The notes below the pieces were generated by a model that did no database searches, was not told the DNA's origin, and was given only the letters and a program-made list of their open reading frames with translations. A DNA stretch of 63,779 bases, the filler included, from Phoronis australis (lineage: Eukaryota; Animalia; Phoronida): assembly GCA_002633005.1 (NCBI GenBank). It is 7 parts of 7 records of this genome, joined end to end, with 100 filler letters (N's around TTAATTAATTAA, not from the genome) between each part and the next. Parts side by side here need not be neighbours in the genome. Positions count along the whole stretch, not along the records: positions 1 to 22,996 come from NMRA01000230.1; 6 more parts are not named here. One strand, given 5' to 3'. The translations under genes and the position numbers were made by a program. Positions 1 to 11,335 of the stretch are shown here, in pieces. Every line of letters begins with the position of its first letter. Within the stretch, counting starts at the first letter, position 1.

Positions 1-448
1 TTTCTGTTGTAAACACAGCCGGCTGTCCCGAGTTGACAGTTCATGTTTTAAGATTTTAATAAGGTAATGCAGATTTTTTGCTTTGTATTGTATTTCTTAA
101 GTTCACTAGCTAGGCTTTTACTAATACTCACCAGTTAAAAGTACATCTACCTACAGGCCAAGCTCAAATAAAATGCAATGCTGGTGCCTGGGGTTCACTT
201 ATATTGATGTCAGCTAAAAATTGCTAGTACTTTTTCTGCAAAACTTGCAGGACCCACGCGGGGTCCAATACTCCAATAGGCCCCTAAATTTCCATTTCGT
301 CCAGACAAAAGGCCCATTGCAAAAGGGGGTGGGGATTACCATATTTGGCACCTACGGATCTCTCTCAGCATATTGGTAATCACCTGCGGATGCCTTGTCA
401 GTACGAGAGCCCCCTCATTACCAGCAATTCGTAAACTAGCTGGTCATG

Positions 449-1357
449 CATGTTGTGAACCCATCCACTAGCACAAGAAACTGTAGGAACAGCGCATTTA
501 TCCACCTTCACTCTTATCAGGCTTCTAATGTGAGTCAGCATGCGTGAATAATTGGCTGATAAGCCACCTCTGGAACTACTTTTAGCTGAATGGATGACCA
601 GGCCATAAAATGATAATTAGACAAGACCAGTTACTATAATGCAACAAAGAATAATGTCGTAGCATCACCTAGCCTTGGTGGAAAGCTGGATACTGTATTG
701 GCTCTAATAAACGCTTAGAAAAATTCATTTCACGGGGAGGGGATTCTTATCGCAGCCTTAAGGCAGTTGAAACCTGGTTTCCCAAACAGGTAAAATCGGA
801 AGCTAGGATTCATCAAATTTACGCTCTGTGACGTATTTTTAGCCTGTGACAGTCTTTCTACAAAATTTTGGTCCATTGCTATGAATTTCCGTTAATAATT
901 TACGATAATTTTTCAAACAATTGTTCTCATCACAGGGCGAAAACTTGCCGACTGATGCGTCACTGAATCGCCATTGTCAATAGGAAAACTTGAACTCTTG
1001 AATAAAAATATAGTTTTTCGACTCAACAAATTACCTGAAATCTTCCTTACATGTATGTTTTACAATTTTTAAAGTTCATGTGGAGTCCAGATTAATTGGA
1101 ATTAAGTCCAAATCTGCGCTACATCGTACCCCACAACACGAGAAAAATTTCTGGATGAACACACATGTTGTTCTCACGTGACGTTTGTTTTGAAGTTCGT
1201 CTGCGTATGAGAGTGAGTGCCGGAGCGTGCGTGTGTGGGTCATCGACGATAGACTTTTTTGTTACAAAAGGCGGAGGATTATGCAGGAAAATGGCGTTTA
1301 CTAGATTGTGTTTTCATTTAAACGGCTGCAACGTGCAAGGTGAGTGCTGGTTAACTC
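449..1357 (+). repeat. ~0.9-kb dispersed repeat, copy 1 (inverted copy at 8584-9457)
   Basis: CATGTTGTGAAC...GGTTAACTC aligns with high identity along its length to the reverse complement of 8584-9457. This explains the near-identical ORFs 1165..1362(+) and 8435..8710(-). Confidence 0.9.
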
Positions 1358-4300
1358 GTTAATTCGTTTTATCGTATCCCTGTCAATAATAACGGCACGC
1401 TAAAGTTTCTTAATTTCCGTACTTCAGGAACATAACAATCAGGTGTTTAGTACACATACACGCACGCCGCAGATCACATCTCGGAAATTGCCGATTTGAC
1501 GGATGACAATGAATGAGCACAATGAAATTAAACGTCCTTTTACAGCTTGTAAGATTCATAATAAAAGTATTTTGAATAATGCAATGCATGTGTTCCAAAA
1601 TCTGAATAACTTGGATCCTATATTTTTGTATTCGTGCGCGCCGATTGAAAGTAATTGTGAGTGTTGCTGTGTTGCAAAATCTCTTATCCTGGGCCGATTT
1701 GAAAAATTCAAAGTTGTACTCATATTTGTTTTCGCTCCTCTTTTCAAATATTACAGTAAAAACTACTAAAAACTCTCTCCATTAAAAGTACAGTCTGCTA
1801 CGTCAATTGTAATCAGCTGATCATAACGGCATGATCGAAGCCAATTATCTTCGCTCGTGACTCGATGAATAGAGCAGCTTGGCGGCATCCCTTTGATCGT
1901 GAGCCCAGTGCGACTCAGCCAAGGTGGATAAATACGGTCTAGTTCAATTTTCCATACCCCACCATTTACCTTGACCATTGGGGTTAGGACCAATCTTATT
2001 TAGTGGTAATGTTCATAGCATGATCGGCCAGGTTCTCTGCGTAAACTAGGTCATCGCGTATGGACCAGTTAGCGCTTCACTCTCCGCGTGTACTGGAGAG
2101 AAGCACCAGGAAGGTTGTTCTGCATCTTGTAGCACAAAATTACCAAACTTCAAATATATTCCCTTAAAAAGGAAAGACAAATCATATTATTACAGATGTC
2201 TGGCCAATATCATGAGTCACCACTCGTAAGCAAATCAAAGGTTTTCTTACTCGTTGCCTTATCTCGCACTATCTCAATCGACTAGTTTTCAGTTCGCAAT
2301 GCAACAACACAATTCTCATAAATTCAACTTGTAATGACCCCTTTCAATTTTAAACCATGCCCGAAGTACTCGGCAACAAATTATTGTTAGGCACAACGAG
2401 GTTTTTTTTTCTCTGAAGTGGATCGTAAACACCTCAGGTGAGTTTTCTGCACATAGCTACTTAGGTTTAGAGCTCAGTGAATTTTAAAGCTCCCATACTT
2501 ATGGGCCGGGCCGGTCAAGGGCCAATTCCTGTTGTACGCACTACTTAGAAATTGGAATCAAACTGTTATATCTATAGAGAAAACGTTTATTAGTGTACTG
2601 GTGTGATTATCAGTGATTTAACCAAAAACTTCGAATTAACTAGACCCACTAATGATAGTCTATGATTATAAACTGATATCAAAAGGCCAAAATTGACAAT
2701 TTTCGGCCACCCCATGTTAAATACAAAATTTTGTCTAATTTTCTTCAAACTCCTACATTTCAATCTTGATTATACTGACATCAGTTGGGTCTATCGGCAA
2801 CTAACCGTACATGAAAGGCTTGGTCGAAAATTATCGTTTTCTCACATGCACTTTCGGGTTTTTAGCGGCAATTCCACTGATCGAAGCGATAAAATAAGCC
2901 AAAACTTTGGCCATACCATGATAAACATATTTTTTTCCAATTTTGCTAAAAGTTGGCCACGTTTTTAACAAAATACTTATCTGTGTCATGTGCTATCGGC
3001 AAATGTGATTGATTCATAAATAAGACCCTCACGCTGTGTTTTCTGCGAATCCCATGTATCCTGAAGGGGGCTAACTGAATGATTTTCGCGCATGCGCAGT
3101 TCACGATTTCAATATTGCTGGTAATGTGGGTCTAGGGGCTCATCCCTGTGGCCTGATTGCATGCTGAAAACACTGCCCGCCCGCCTGCCTCCCACCAGCA
3201 GTATGAATAAAGCAAACATCTGGGGAACAACCATAAAACTCAGAAAGATCACGGGCGAATGATGTTGACGATTACAACAATAGACTGCCATTAAGTAAAC
3301 ACCGTATGTACCTTCATGTAATGAACATGACTTGAAATGCCCTTTTATTGATAATTTTAACATAGGAATTGACAATTTTGCATCTGTTCAGACTCACCTG
3401 TTTGCAAAGAGTTTTTAGACATACATAAAATTAAAACTTAATCATAGAGCGCTCTTTGGCAACCCTTTGAGCCCATTTTCTAAACACCAATGTATTAAAG
3501 TATCTGTTTGATTGTGTGGCTGTGTTGTGACCTAGCTACAGGGTAAAAAAACTTTCAAATGATACAAATGCCCAACGCTTCTTCAGACACATTCTAGTTG
3601 AAGGTACAGGGGAGTTGGCACTGAGATTTTTAAAAATTCCCATGACCCCATCATGACACCACAGACTGACTTAGGAGGTGGGCTGGCCCCCCTCCCCTTG
3701 TGAGTGAACTGGCCGTCACCAATATATGCCACTTATATTTACATCCTATTTGTCTTCTGAAATTGTGGTCGGACTCACTTCGTGAGACTTTCTAGAATGG
3801 GCTTGCCACTGGACACGAGCAATTGTTTCATAGGTACTCTAAATATTTTGGTCATGTCACAGGATGATTCAGCAAGGCGGCCACCAACTTACGACCATTA
3901 ACTCCAAAGCCATTTGTACATTCTCTTATCAAGACACTGATCTGTTGCAATTTAGTTCAGATACTTACCAACAAACTCATCAATTACCATGTCAGATAAC
4001 CCAGTCCTGGAGGATTGTGCATCAATGTTTTAAGTAGAGCCACGATTCCAAGGGTAGTCAGTCCCAACTGATAGACCGGTCCCTTAACAGCCAAAAACCC
4101 CAAAACATTTACACCCCGGATTAAAGCACCAAAGTTGGTACACAGATACTTTGGGACACGCTGAATTTCATGAGGGTCGGTTGCCCGAAATTTGGGGTCA
4201 AGGTCAAATCAAGGTCAAAGGTCACGTAGGTATTTTTTTAAATGACTTTACACAAAGTATCTGCTTCATTGCTGTTTCAGGTGATAAGCAGGATACTTTA

Positions 4301-5497
4301 TTTTGATTTCAAATTCATGTTGATCACTTCTAAAAAAAGGGTTAAAAGCATAAAAAAATTCCTGACACTTAAGATGGTAATTATCATAATTAATAGAGCA
4401 TATATATTTTTAATGGAAATTAAGTCTATTTGTTTTCTCTAGCTGGGAAAAACTGTCAAACTTAAGTATGAATATGCATTAAGTCAACTCTAGAATGTTA
4501 AACCTTTTACAGAAATTCATTTTTAAATGTCTTTGTCAAAATATTTATAATAAATTATGTAACAAATCGTCTCTGTAATTAAAGGAAATCGGACATCTTG
4601 CTTAATTTTCAAAGAACAATTGCTGGTTACTTTGTTAATTAATGTGTTTATATTTTAGTTTGAACTTGATTGTGACATAAGTTGAACCAATTAAGGTAAT
4701 TTATGTAATTTAATGTTTACCAGAAGGATCAAATAACAAAAAATCACCAGGTTTTACATGTATCCCAATGAGGTGAATTCCTTGTTGCACTATATTTTAA
4801 AACAGATCCAGGCATAATTAATTGTCTTGAGGAACATGTTGTATAAACAAATGTTTATTATTAATTGCGTCCATCTAATTATTTGTGGTGACATATTGTC
4901 TAACAGCTGAAGCTGACCTCTGCTCATTCGGACAACAGTACCCAAACAGGTGACATCAGCTCTGAGACTTGCATAATGTTGACCTCGATTTCATTCTTCG
5001 TGTGATATTATTTTGAATGAGATTTTCTAATTGATGTATGTACTTTTTTGATTTTAAAACTATGTATGTAAATATATATCCTAAATTGTTTTAACTGATT
5101 GGAGATAATACTTTTGGTTGGCTTCAGCACATCTGATGACAGGAGCAGGGGCTTCCTGTTTAAATCACTACAGTAGCTATTCGCATAAATAGCCTACAAA
5201 CAGTGTAAGTTGTTTAATAAGACCTAATTAAGAGACCAATTTTTCTAAGATACCTATTCCAATAAATAATACCAACAAAAATTACGCTTTAATTCTGCAG
5301 TCCCTCATTCCTAAGGTCAAGTTGTTTGAGCAATGCCTTACTCCAGATTCGCCACTTGTAATTGCCCGACAATTAATTTATTGTTCTAAAATGTTACGCA
5401 CTATCTTGAAAGCAATTGAGACAATGTAGATTTTTTGAACACCAGGCCACAGTCAGCATTAATAGAAGTGTTTCGAATACGGCTGGTTACCTGAGCT

Positions 5498-6132
5498 GGA
5501 ACAATACGTCAGCTCTCGTTACGTCAGTATGACGTAGACGTACCGCCTGCTTCAGGAGGCCTCAGTGGCTACAGCTGGTAGAGCTGATTCCTTTCTTCAA
5601 ACCTTACACTTGACTCAAACAAGACATGCACACCAGGTGACAGCTCTGTCTCTGGCAAAGCTACAGGAAGAACCATTTCTTATTGTGAAAAATGAAGGTG
5701 ATGTTTTGGACCGAAGAGTCTCCCCCGGGTGAGAATTTTACACGTTTGACACGCTTTTGAGCGTGTCAAACGTGTCAGACGTGTAAAAAAACGTGTAATA
5801 CGTGTCAAAATAGCCACGTTAACGTGTAAAACGTGTAAAAACATGACACGCTAGCGTGTCAAACGTGTAAAATTTGCCACGTTAGCGTGTCAAACGTGTA
5901 AAATTNGGAACAATACGTCAGCTCTCGTTACGTCAGTATGACGTAGACGTACCGCCTGCTTCAGGAGGCCTCAGTGGCTACAGCTGGTAGAGCTGATTCC
6001 TTTCTTCAAACCTTACACTTGACTCAAGCAAGACATGCACACCAGGTGACAGCTCTGTCTCTGGCAAAGCTACAGGAAGAACCATTTCTTATTGTGAAAA
6101 ATGAAGGTGATGTTTTGGACCGAAGAGTCTCC
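5498..6132. repeat. 226-bp direct duplication (5498-5723 / 5907-6132) around an ACGTGT-rich repeat and a single-N join
   Basis: The copies are near-identical. The intervening 5724-5905 starts CCCGGGTGAG and is made of ACGTGT(C/A)AA units. There is an n at 5906. Confidence 0.85.
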
Positions 6133-7792
6133 AGCAGGAAACTTGTGATAGCTCAATGAGAATTCCAAAATTTGAGGTTTGGAATGTTATCTTACATGTC
6201 CACTTACTGATCTTAATGTTCGTCCTTGCTCATGGTGAATGCAACTTGTCACTTTACATTGGTGTCTTTGAATCTCTTGTGTCCTATTTCTTTGCTCTTG
6301 ACCTTCAAAATTATGCAAGATGGGTCTCTCTCCACATCCCAAGACGTGAGAGCTATACCAGTTAACGACGACAGCATTTGATGGATGTTTTCAAATACAC
6401 GGCACAGATTCTGTGCTGTTGCAATTGACTAGGCGGATGAAGAAGATAACGCCTTAGTCCAAGACAGTGGTGGGGCTATTGGATTAACTGAAAATCCAAA
6501 CACTTTGACAGAGTGAATGGTGTTTGGGTCCGAGCTATAAACAGGTTGCTGACTGAGTTTGATTGTCAATAACGAGGAAAAAAACGCCACAAAGACATTC
6601 TATCCTTCCAGAACAACTTTAAAAACCATGTAAACAGTTTGTGTGGTGTTAGGTGTCAGTTCAGCAAACTATAAAGAAACTCCTTTCTTTGACCATGGTG
6701 ATGAACTTATGACGTTCGATACGCTACAAGTCTTCAGACTATCGAAGTGACTGGAAAACAGCAGTATGACAACTATAAGCAAACAGTCGTAATTGAAAAG
6801 TCACAACCAATAGAGACCCCTATCAAGAAAAACAAGTTTGTTGTTTCCGAAACACCTAACGGGAAGGCAAAAGGAGTGACTCAGCAGCGCATGGATGACA
6901 TCAAGAAAGACTGCAGCTTATTTAGTCAGGTTTTATAGCTAGTCAAATTCTAGAAGGATGATTTTCTTATACATGAGAATCATTTATGGCCACCATCCTG
7001 AACTAGAACGACAGTCTCTGTTTACCCTCACAGAAGTCACACTTGCTCAAAATGTTTGAATTTCCTCATCCAGACGTTCCTGAATCCGTCGATGTCAATG
7101 TCATTGATGGGCCAGCTGTTGTGAGCAAATTTTCTCCAAACGAATCCGCGACATTCAGACAGCTCAGTGAAAACTGCTAAGTGGGCTCATTCTAACCTTC
7201 ACAACTGCTGTAGAGTTGACATGTGTTTGATGCTTACACTGAAGACAGCTTGAAAGCCACTGCTGATAGAGGTACAGGTGATCTTGCCAAAGTTTTACAT
7301 CAAACGCAACTGTCTCTGTACTTCCAGAATTTCTTGCAATATCGAAGAATAAACAGGAATTGTTCACGCTGTTAGCTGAATATATCTTTAGCAATCGCCT
7401 ATCCTCCAGGAAAAAATATATATGTTACCCACGGTCACTCTATTCTTTCTTCTGGTTCTGACAAACCGCCGAGATTCGGACACCTGTATGTGCTTGTACA
7501 TTGCGGACGCTTTGATCAAAGTAATCAGAGAATACTGGTTTCTACAATTGATACTGATGTTGTGGACGCTCTTCTTGGTGTTTTTGATCAGCTTAAGGCT
7601 TTGCTGCCAGAAGTTCAATTACGGTTAGTTAGTGGTTAAAACTGTAAAGAAAGTGCGGGAACTCATCGTCAAGAGTTTGTTTGACTAGCTTAGGTACGAT
7701 TTGTGTGTAGCTCTACCCACGTTCCATGCCTTAATTGGGTTGGACACAACGTCCCAGTTCTATGGGAGAGGGATGAAAACAGCATGAAAAGC
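5540..7792 (+). pseudogene. Frameshifted Academ transposase/XPG-like ORF remnant
   Basis: Motifs spread over shifting frames: ATAGRADSFLQTLHLTQARHAHQVT; FFALDLQNYARWVSLHI; SGGAIGLTENP; RDSDTCMCLYIADA..ILVSTIDTDVV; ALPTFHALIGLDTTSQFYGRGMKTA (FEN1/XPG H3TH-like GxD motif). Several stops and frameshifts. Confidence 0.8.
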
Positions 7793-7797
7793 TTACC

Positions 7798-8073
7798 GTG
7801 ATGCTACTCAGGCATTCTCGTGCAGGCAATCAATTCCTTTCAGCATTGAAAACTGAAGCTGGTAAGATCTACGTTAACGAGAATCTGACCAAAAAACGAG
7901 CACAGTTGTACAAGGCTTGTAGAGTGGGCGCCCGGATTCAGAGTTGCTTGACATATGATGGAAGAATTTATTACAAGAACTGGGCCAATGAAATTAAACC
8001 GGTGAGCAGCATGGAAGAGTTTACAGGCCATCTAATTCTCAGATCAACATTATACACGCAAGCCAGAACATAA
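7798..8073 (+). mobile_element. Non-LTR retrotransposon ORF1 C-terminal fragment (CR1/L2-type, FP-protein-like) inserted in the Academ element
   Basis: KIYVNENLTKKRAQLYKACR...CLTYDGRIYYK matches the IxINExLT...WTxDGxI pattern of LINE ORF1p C-termini. It starts where Academ homology stops. Confidence 0.65.
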
Positions 8074-8583
8074 TACAGTAGTGCAATAGTTTCCAACGTC
8101 TTGTATTCAGCTTTTTGGTAAGATTACTCACTTTGTACTATAGTCTGCATGAAAGATGGCTTAATTTCCTTTTTCCGTAAAGCTGATTGAGTTATACGGT
8201 AATTCCAATGCTTCGCATTATACATTTAACCTTTAACTGCTTCTGTACTCCATGTGCAATTGCCAAACTACAAGTGTAGCGTACTACCATAATTGTCAGG
8301 TACTTGGGACCCTGTTGAGAGACCACAGTACAAACGTACTTCCCGTACTTCCGGTAGCCATTACTGTGTATATGATTAGCCTATTTTTTTCTCCACGTTA
8401 GCCGTTGTGCCCAACGTATCGTTTTTCACAGCGATCACTGCGTCAGTGTCTCCGTTAGACCCAGAAATTTCACACAGCCCGGGTAGTTCACTTCGTCCCC
8501 AACATGTAGATCGAGCCTTGGACTAGTAATACTCCACGGTAGAGCTATTGCAACGACCGTCGGCCTGTGCACACAAAATCTGT

Positions 8584-9457
8584 GAGTTAACCAACACTCA
8601 CCTTGCACATTGCAGCCGTTTAAATGAAAAAACAATCTAGTAAACGCCATTTTCCTGCATAATCCTCCGCCTTTTGTAACAAAAAAGTCTATCGTCGATG
8701 ACCCACACACGCACGCGGACGAACTTCAAAACAAACGTCACGTGACAACAACATGTGTGTTCATCCAGAGATTTTTCTCGTGTTGTGGGGTACGATGTAG
8801 CGCAGATTTGCACTTAATCGCAATTAATCTGAACTCCTCATGAACTTTTTGTAGAACATAAGGAAGATTTCAGGTAATTTGTTGAGTCGAAACTATATTT
8901 TTATTCAAGAGTTCAAGTTTTCCTATTGACGATGGCGATTCAGCGACGCATCAGTCGGCAAGTTTTCGCCCTGTGATGAGCACAATTTTTTGAAAAATTA
9001 TCGTAATTTAACAACGGAAGTTCATAGCAATGCACCACAATTTTGTAGAAAGACTGTCATAGGCTAAAAATACGTCACAGAGCGTAAATTTTATGAATCC
9101 TAGCTTCCAATTTTATACCCGTTTGGGAAACCGGCTTTCAACTGCAGTAGGCTACAATAAGAATCCCCTCCCCGTGAAATGAATTTTTCTAAGCGTTTAT
9201 TAGAGCCAATACAGTATACAGCTTTCCACCAAGGCTAGGTGATGATACATTATTCTTTGTTGCATTAGTAACTGGTCTTGACTAATTATCATTTTATGGC
9301 CTGGTCATCCATTCAGCCAAAAGTAGTTCTAGAGGTGGCTTAATTCTCAGCCAATTATTCACGCATGCTGACTCACAATAGAAGCCTGATAAGAGTGAAG
9401 GTGGATAAATGTGGTGTTCCTACAGTTTCTTGTGCTAGTGGAGGTGTTCACAACATG
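8584..9457 (-). repeat. ~0.9-kb dispersed repeat, copy 2 (inverted), inside the Academ element
   Basis: Reverse complement of 449-1357. Confidence 0.9.
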
Positions 9458-9637
9458 GATGATTTTGTTAAAACTGCAGCTGGTTAGTTAAAGTTTGGCG
9501 GCCAATTGGAATTATGCATTTGAGGGGTCTTAATATTAAAAGATATTGCGATGTCATTATGATAGATTTCTAATTAAAAAAGTACTATTACCTAGCCTTA
9601 AAATGTGTGATCATCTCCCGAGCAACCATAGATTTGT

Positions 9638-9845
9638 GTTACTGGGCGGCCATTTTGTTTTATGAGATTTGACCTTGACNAAACTTAAGTTTTACACCTG
9701 AAAAAACTTAAGTTTTCTGAAAAACTTAAGTTTTCTGAAAAACTTAACATTGTGCTGAAAAACTTAAGTTTTTGGCGAAAAACTTAAGTTCATTTTTGTA
9801 AGGGTTACTGGGCGGCCATTTTGTTTTATGAGATTTGACCTTGAC
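9638..9845. repeat. 42-bp direct duplication around an AAACTTAAGTTT repeat array and a single-N join
   Basis: GTTACTGGGCGGCC...GACCTTGAC occurs at 9638-9679 and 9804-9845. The array 9681-9803 ends TTTTTGTAAGGG. There is an n at 9680. Confidence 0.8.
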
Positions 9846-11335
9846 GTTGACCTCAAAATTTGAGCAACCGACCCCCATGAGATTCAGCATGTCAAAAAGT
9901 ACTAGTGTGCTAAATTTTGGTGCTTTAATCCGACGTGTAAATGTTTTCGGGTTAAGGACCTGGACTATGATGATTAAAACTGGCTGCTTATTAACTGATT
10001 GCATGGCTAATGCTCACAGACTTACTGAATATGTACTAATTAATGCTTACCTTTATATCTTTCTTCTTAGTCATAGTATTAGTCTGCACATTGAAATATT
10101 ATAAATTCTTGTAAATAACTCTTGACTATTGTGACCATTCCTGCACATTTTGTTGACAGTTGAAAAGCTAGGGGGCAGCAACTGCAGTGTCATTGATATT
10201 GCAGTGGTGATAACTGCTGCTAAAGAAGTTTTGCTGTTGTTAAATTACTTTGTGCACTCACTTGTCTGTGGAGGTATGATTTATACTCAGATATTATTGA
10301 TACTTATTCATTAAGTGTTTTGTCATTAAGAAAGCTAGACTTTTGCCTTAATTTTGGTTAAGCTTTGATTCGTCAGGTTTCAAGAAGGAGGTAACAAACT
10401 TCTATAGTTTTTGTTGACAGTGGCATAGCTTGGGAGCAGGGGAATGCAGAAGACGTAGAACGTGTGTTAGACCATGGGTTATGCCAAATAGTTTCTTATA
10501 TGGGAGTAGCGAATGTCTTGGGAGCACGATCCGTGTCTGCTGCCTTGTTATGCCAGTGGCTGTTAATGATTTTTTTTTTTAAGATGATAATGATGTTGTT
10601 ATTGATTTTAGATATTAAGTTTTCAATAAAAGGTCATTAATGTCACGAAGGGTGTTTTTCAACACCTCTAACTTTTTGGTTCAGTGTTGCCAAAAAGTAT
10701 CACACAAAAATGGAATTAAAAAATTCATAACTTGACTAATTTGGAGTCAATAAAAGTAAAACTGGTATCTAACTTTTCATAGTTATTAAGTTGGTTCTAA
10801 TAGGCTAAAATATTGAAATTGTTTTTCATATGATTTTATACGGTAGTCATTATATCACGAAAGTGGATTTTAAAAAATTCTCATGTTGACTAATGTTGGA
10901 CCAATTGAATTGGTACCTAGCTGTTCCTAATTATATGTTCTAACAGACTGTAATATAAAAAATCCTTTTAATTTGATTTTTGTAGTCGCAATATTCAAGA
11001 AACGACCCATACGTAAAAGCGGCAGGCAGCTTTCTGATAAACGTCAACTTCAAATATTTTTCATTTTTCTATTTCTTGACATAGAGCCTTAAAAATTCAC
11101 CACATTACTTCTCATGTGCTCTAGTTTAATGGACAATTAACAAAAAATATTCTGACCACTTTTTTAAAATCGGTTGACATCCCTAGCAATGAACCGGTTG
11201 CTGTCGCAGATAAAATGTTTGAGTTAAATTACTCTCAGATTTCACATGTCTGGGTTATTCTGGAAGTGCCCGTCAGACGGTCATATTGAATAGCAGTTGT
11301 GCACCTTTCTCATTATTGTAATGTATAGTTGGGGG

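Larger units (their letters stand above)
4072..9967 (+). mobile_element. Academ (XPG-nuclease type) DNA transposon, full span, decayed, with nested insertions
   Basis: Termini TAGACCGGTCCCTTAAC... and ...GTTAAGGACCTGGACTA. Imperfect TIRs of ~130-150 bp (about 4072-4220 vs 9830-9967). 3-bp TSD TGA at 4069-4071 and 9968-9970. Internal Academ-type coding remnants. Confidence 0.85.

Noticed and set aside
1165-1362. Duplicated small protein (also 8435-8710, and 14000-14275 vs 15582-15794)
   Set aside because: The similarity comes from inverted DNA repeats, with no independent coding evidence.
1766-2130. Coding-looking minus-strand segment
   Set aside because: Interrupted by stops with no recognisable motif, so I cannot assign it.
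3395-4071. Series of minus-strand GTAAGT/GTGAGT donors suggesting exons disrupted by the Academ insertion
   Set aside because: Frames contain stops, one implied intron is under 30 nt, and I recognised no protein.
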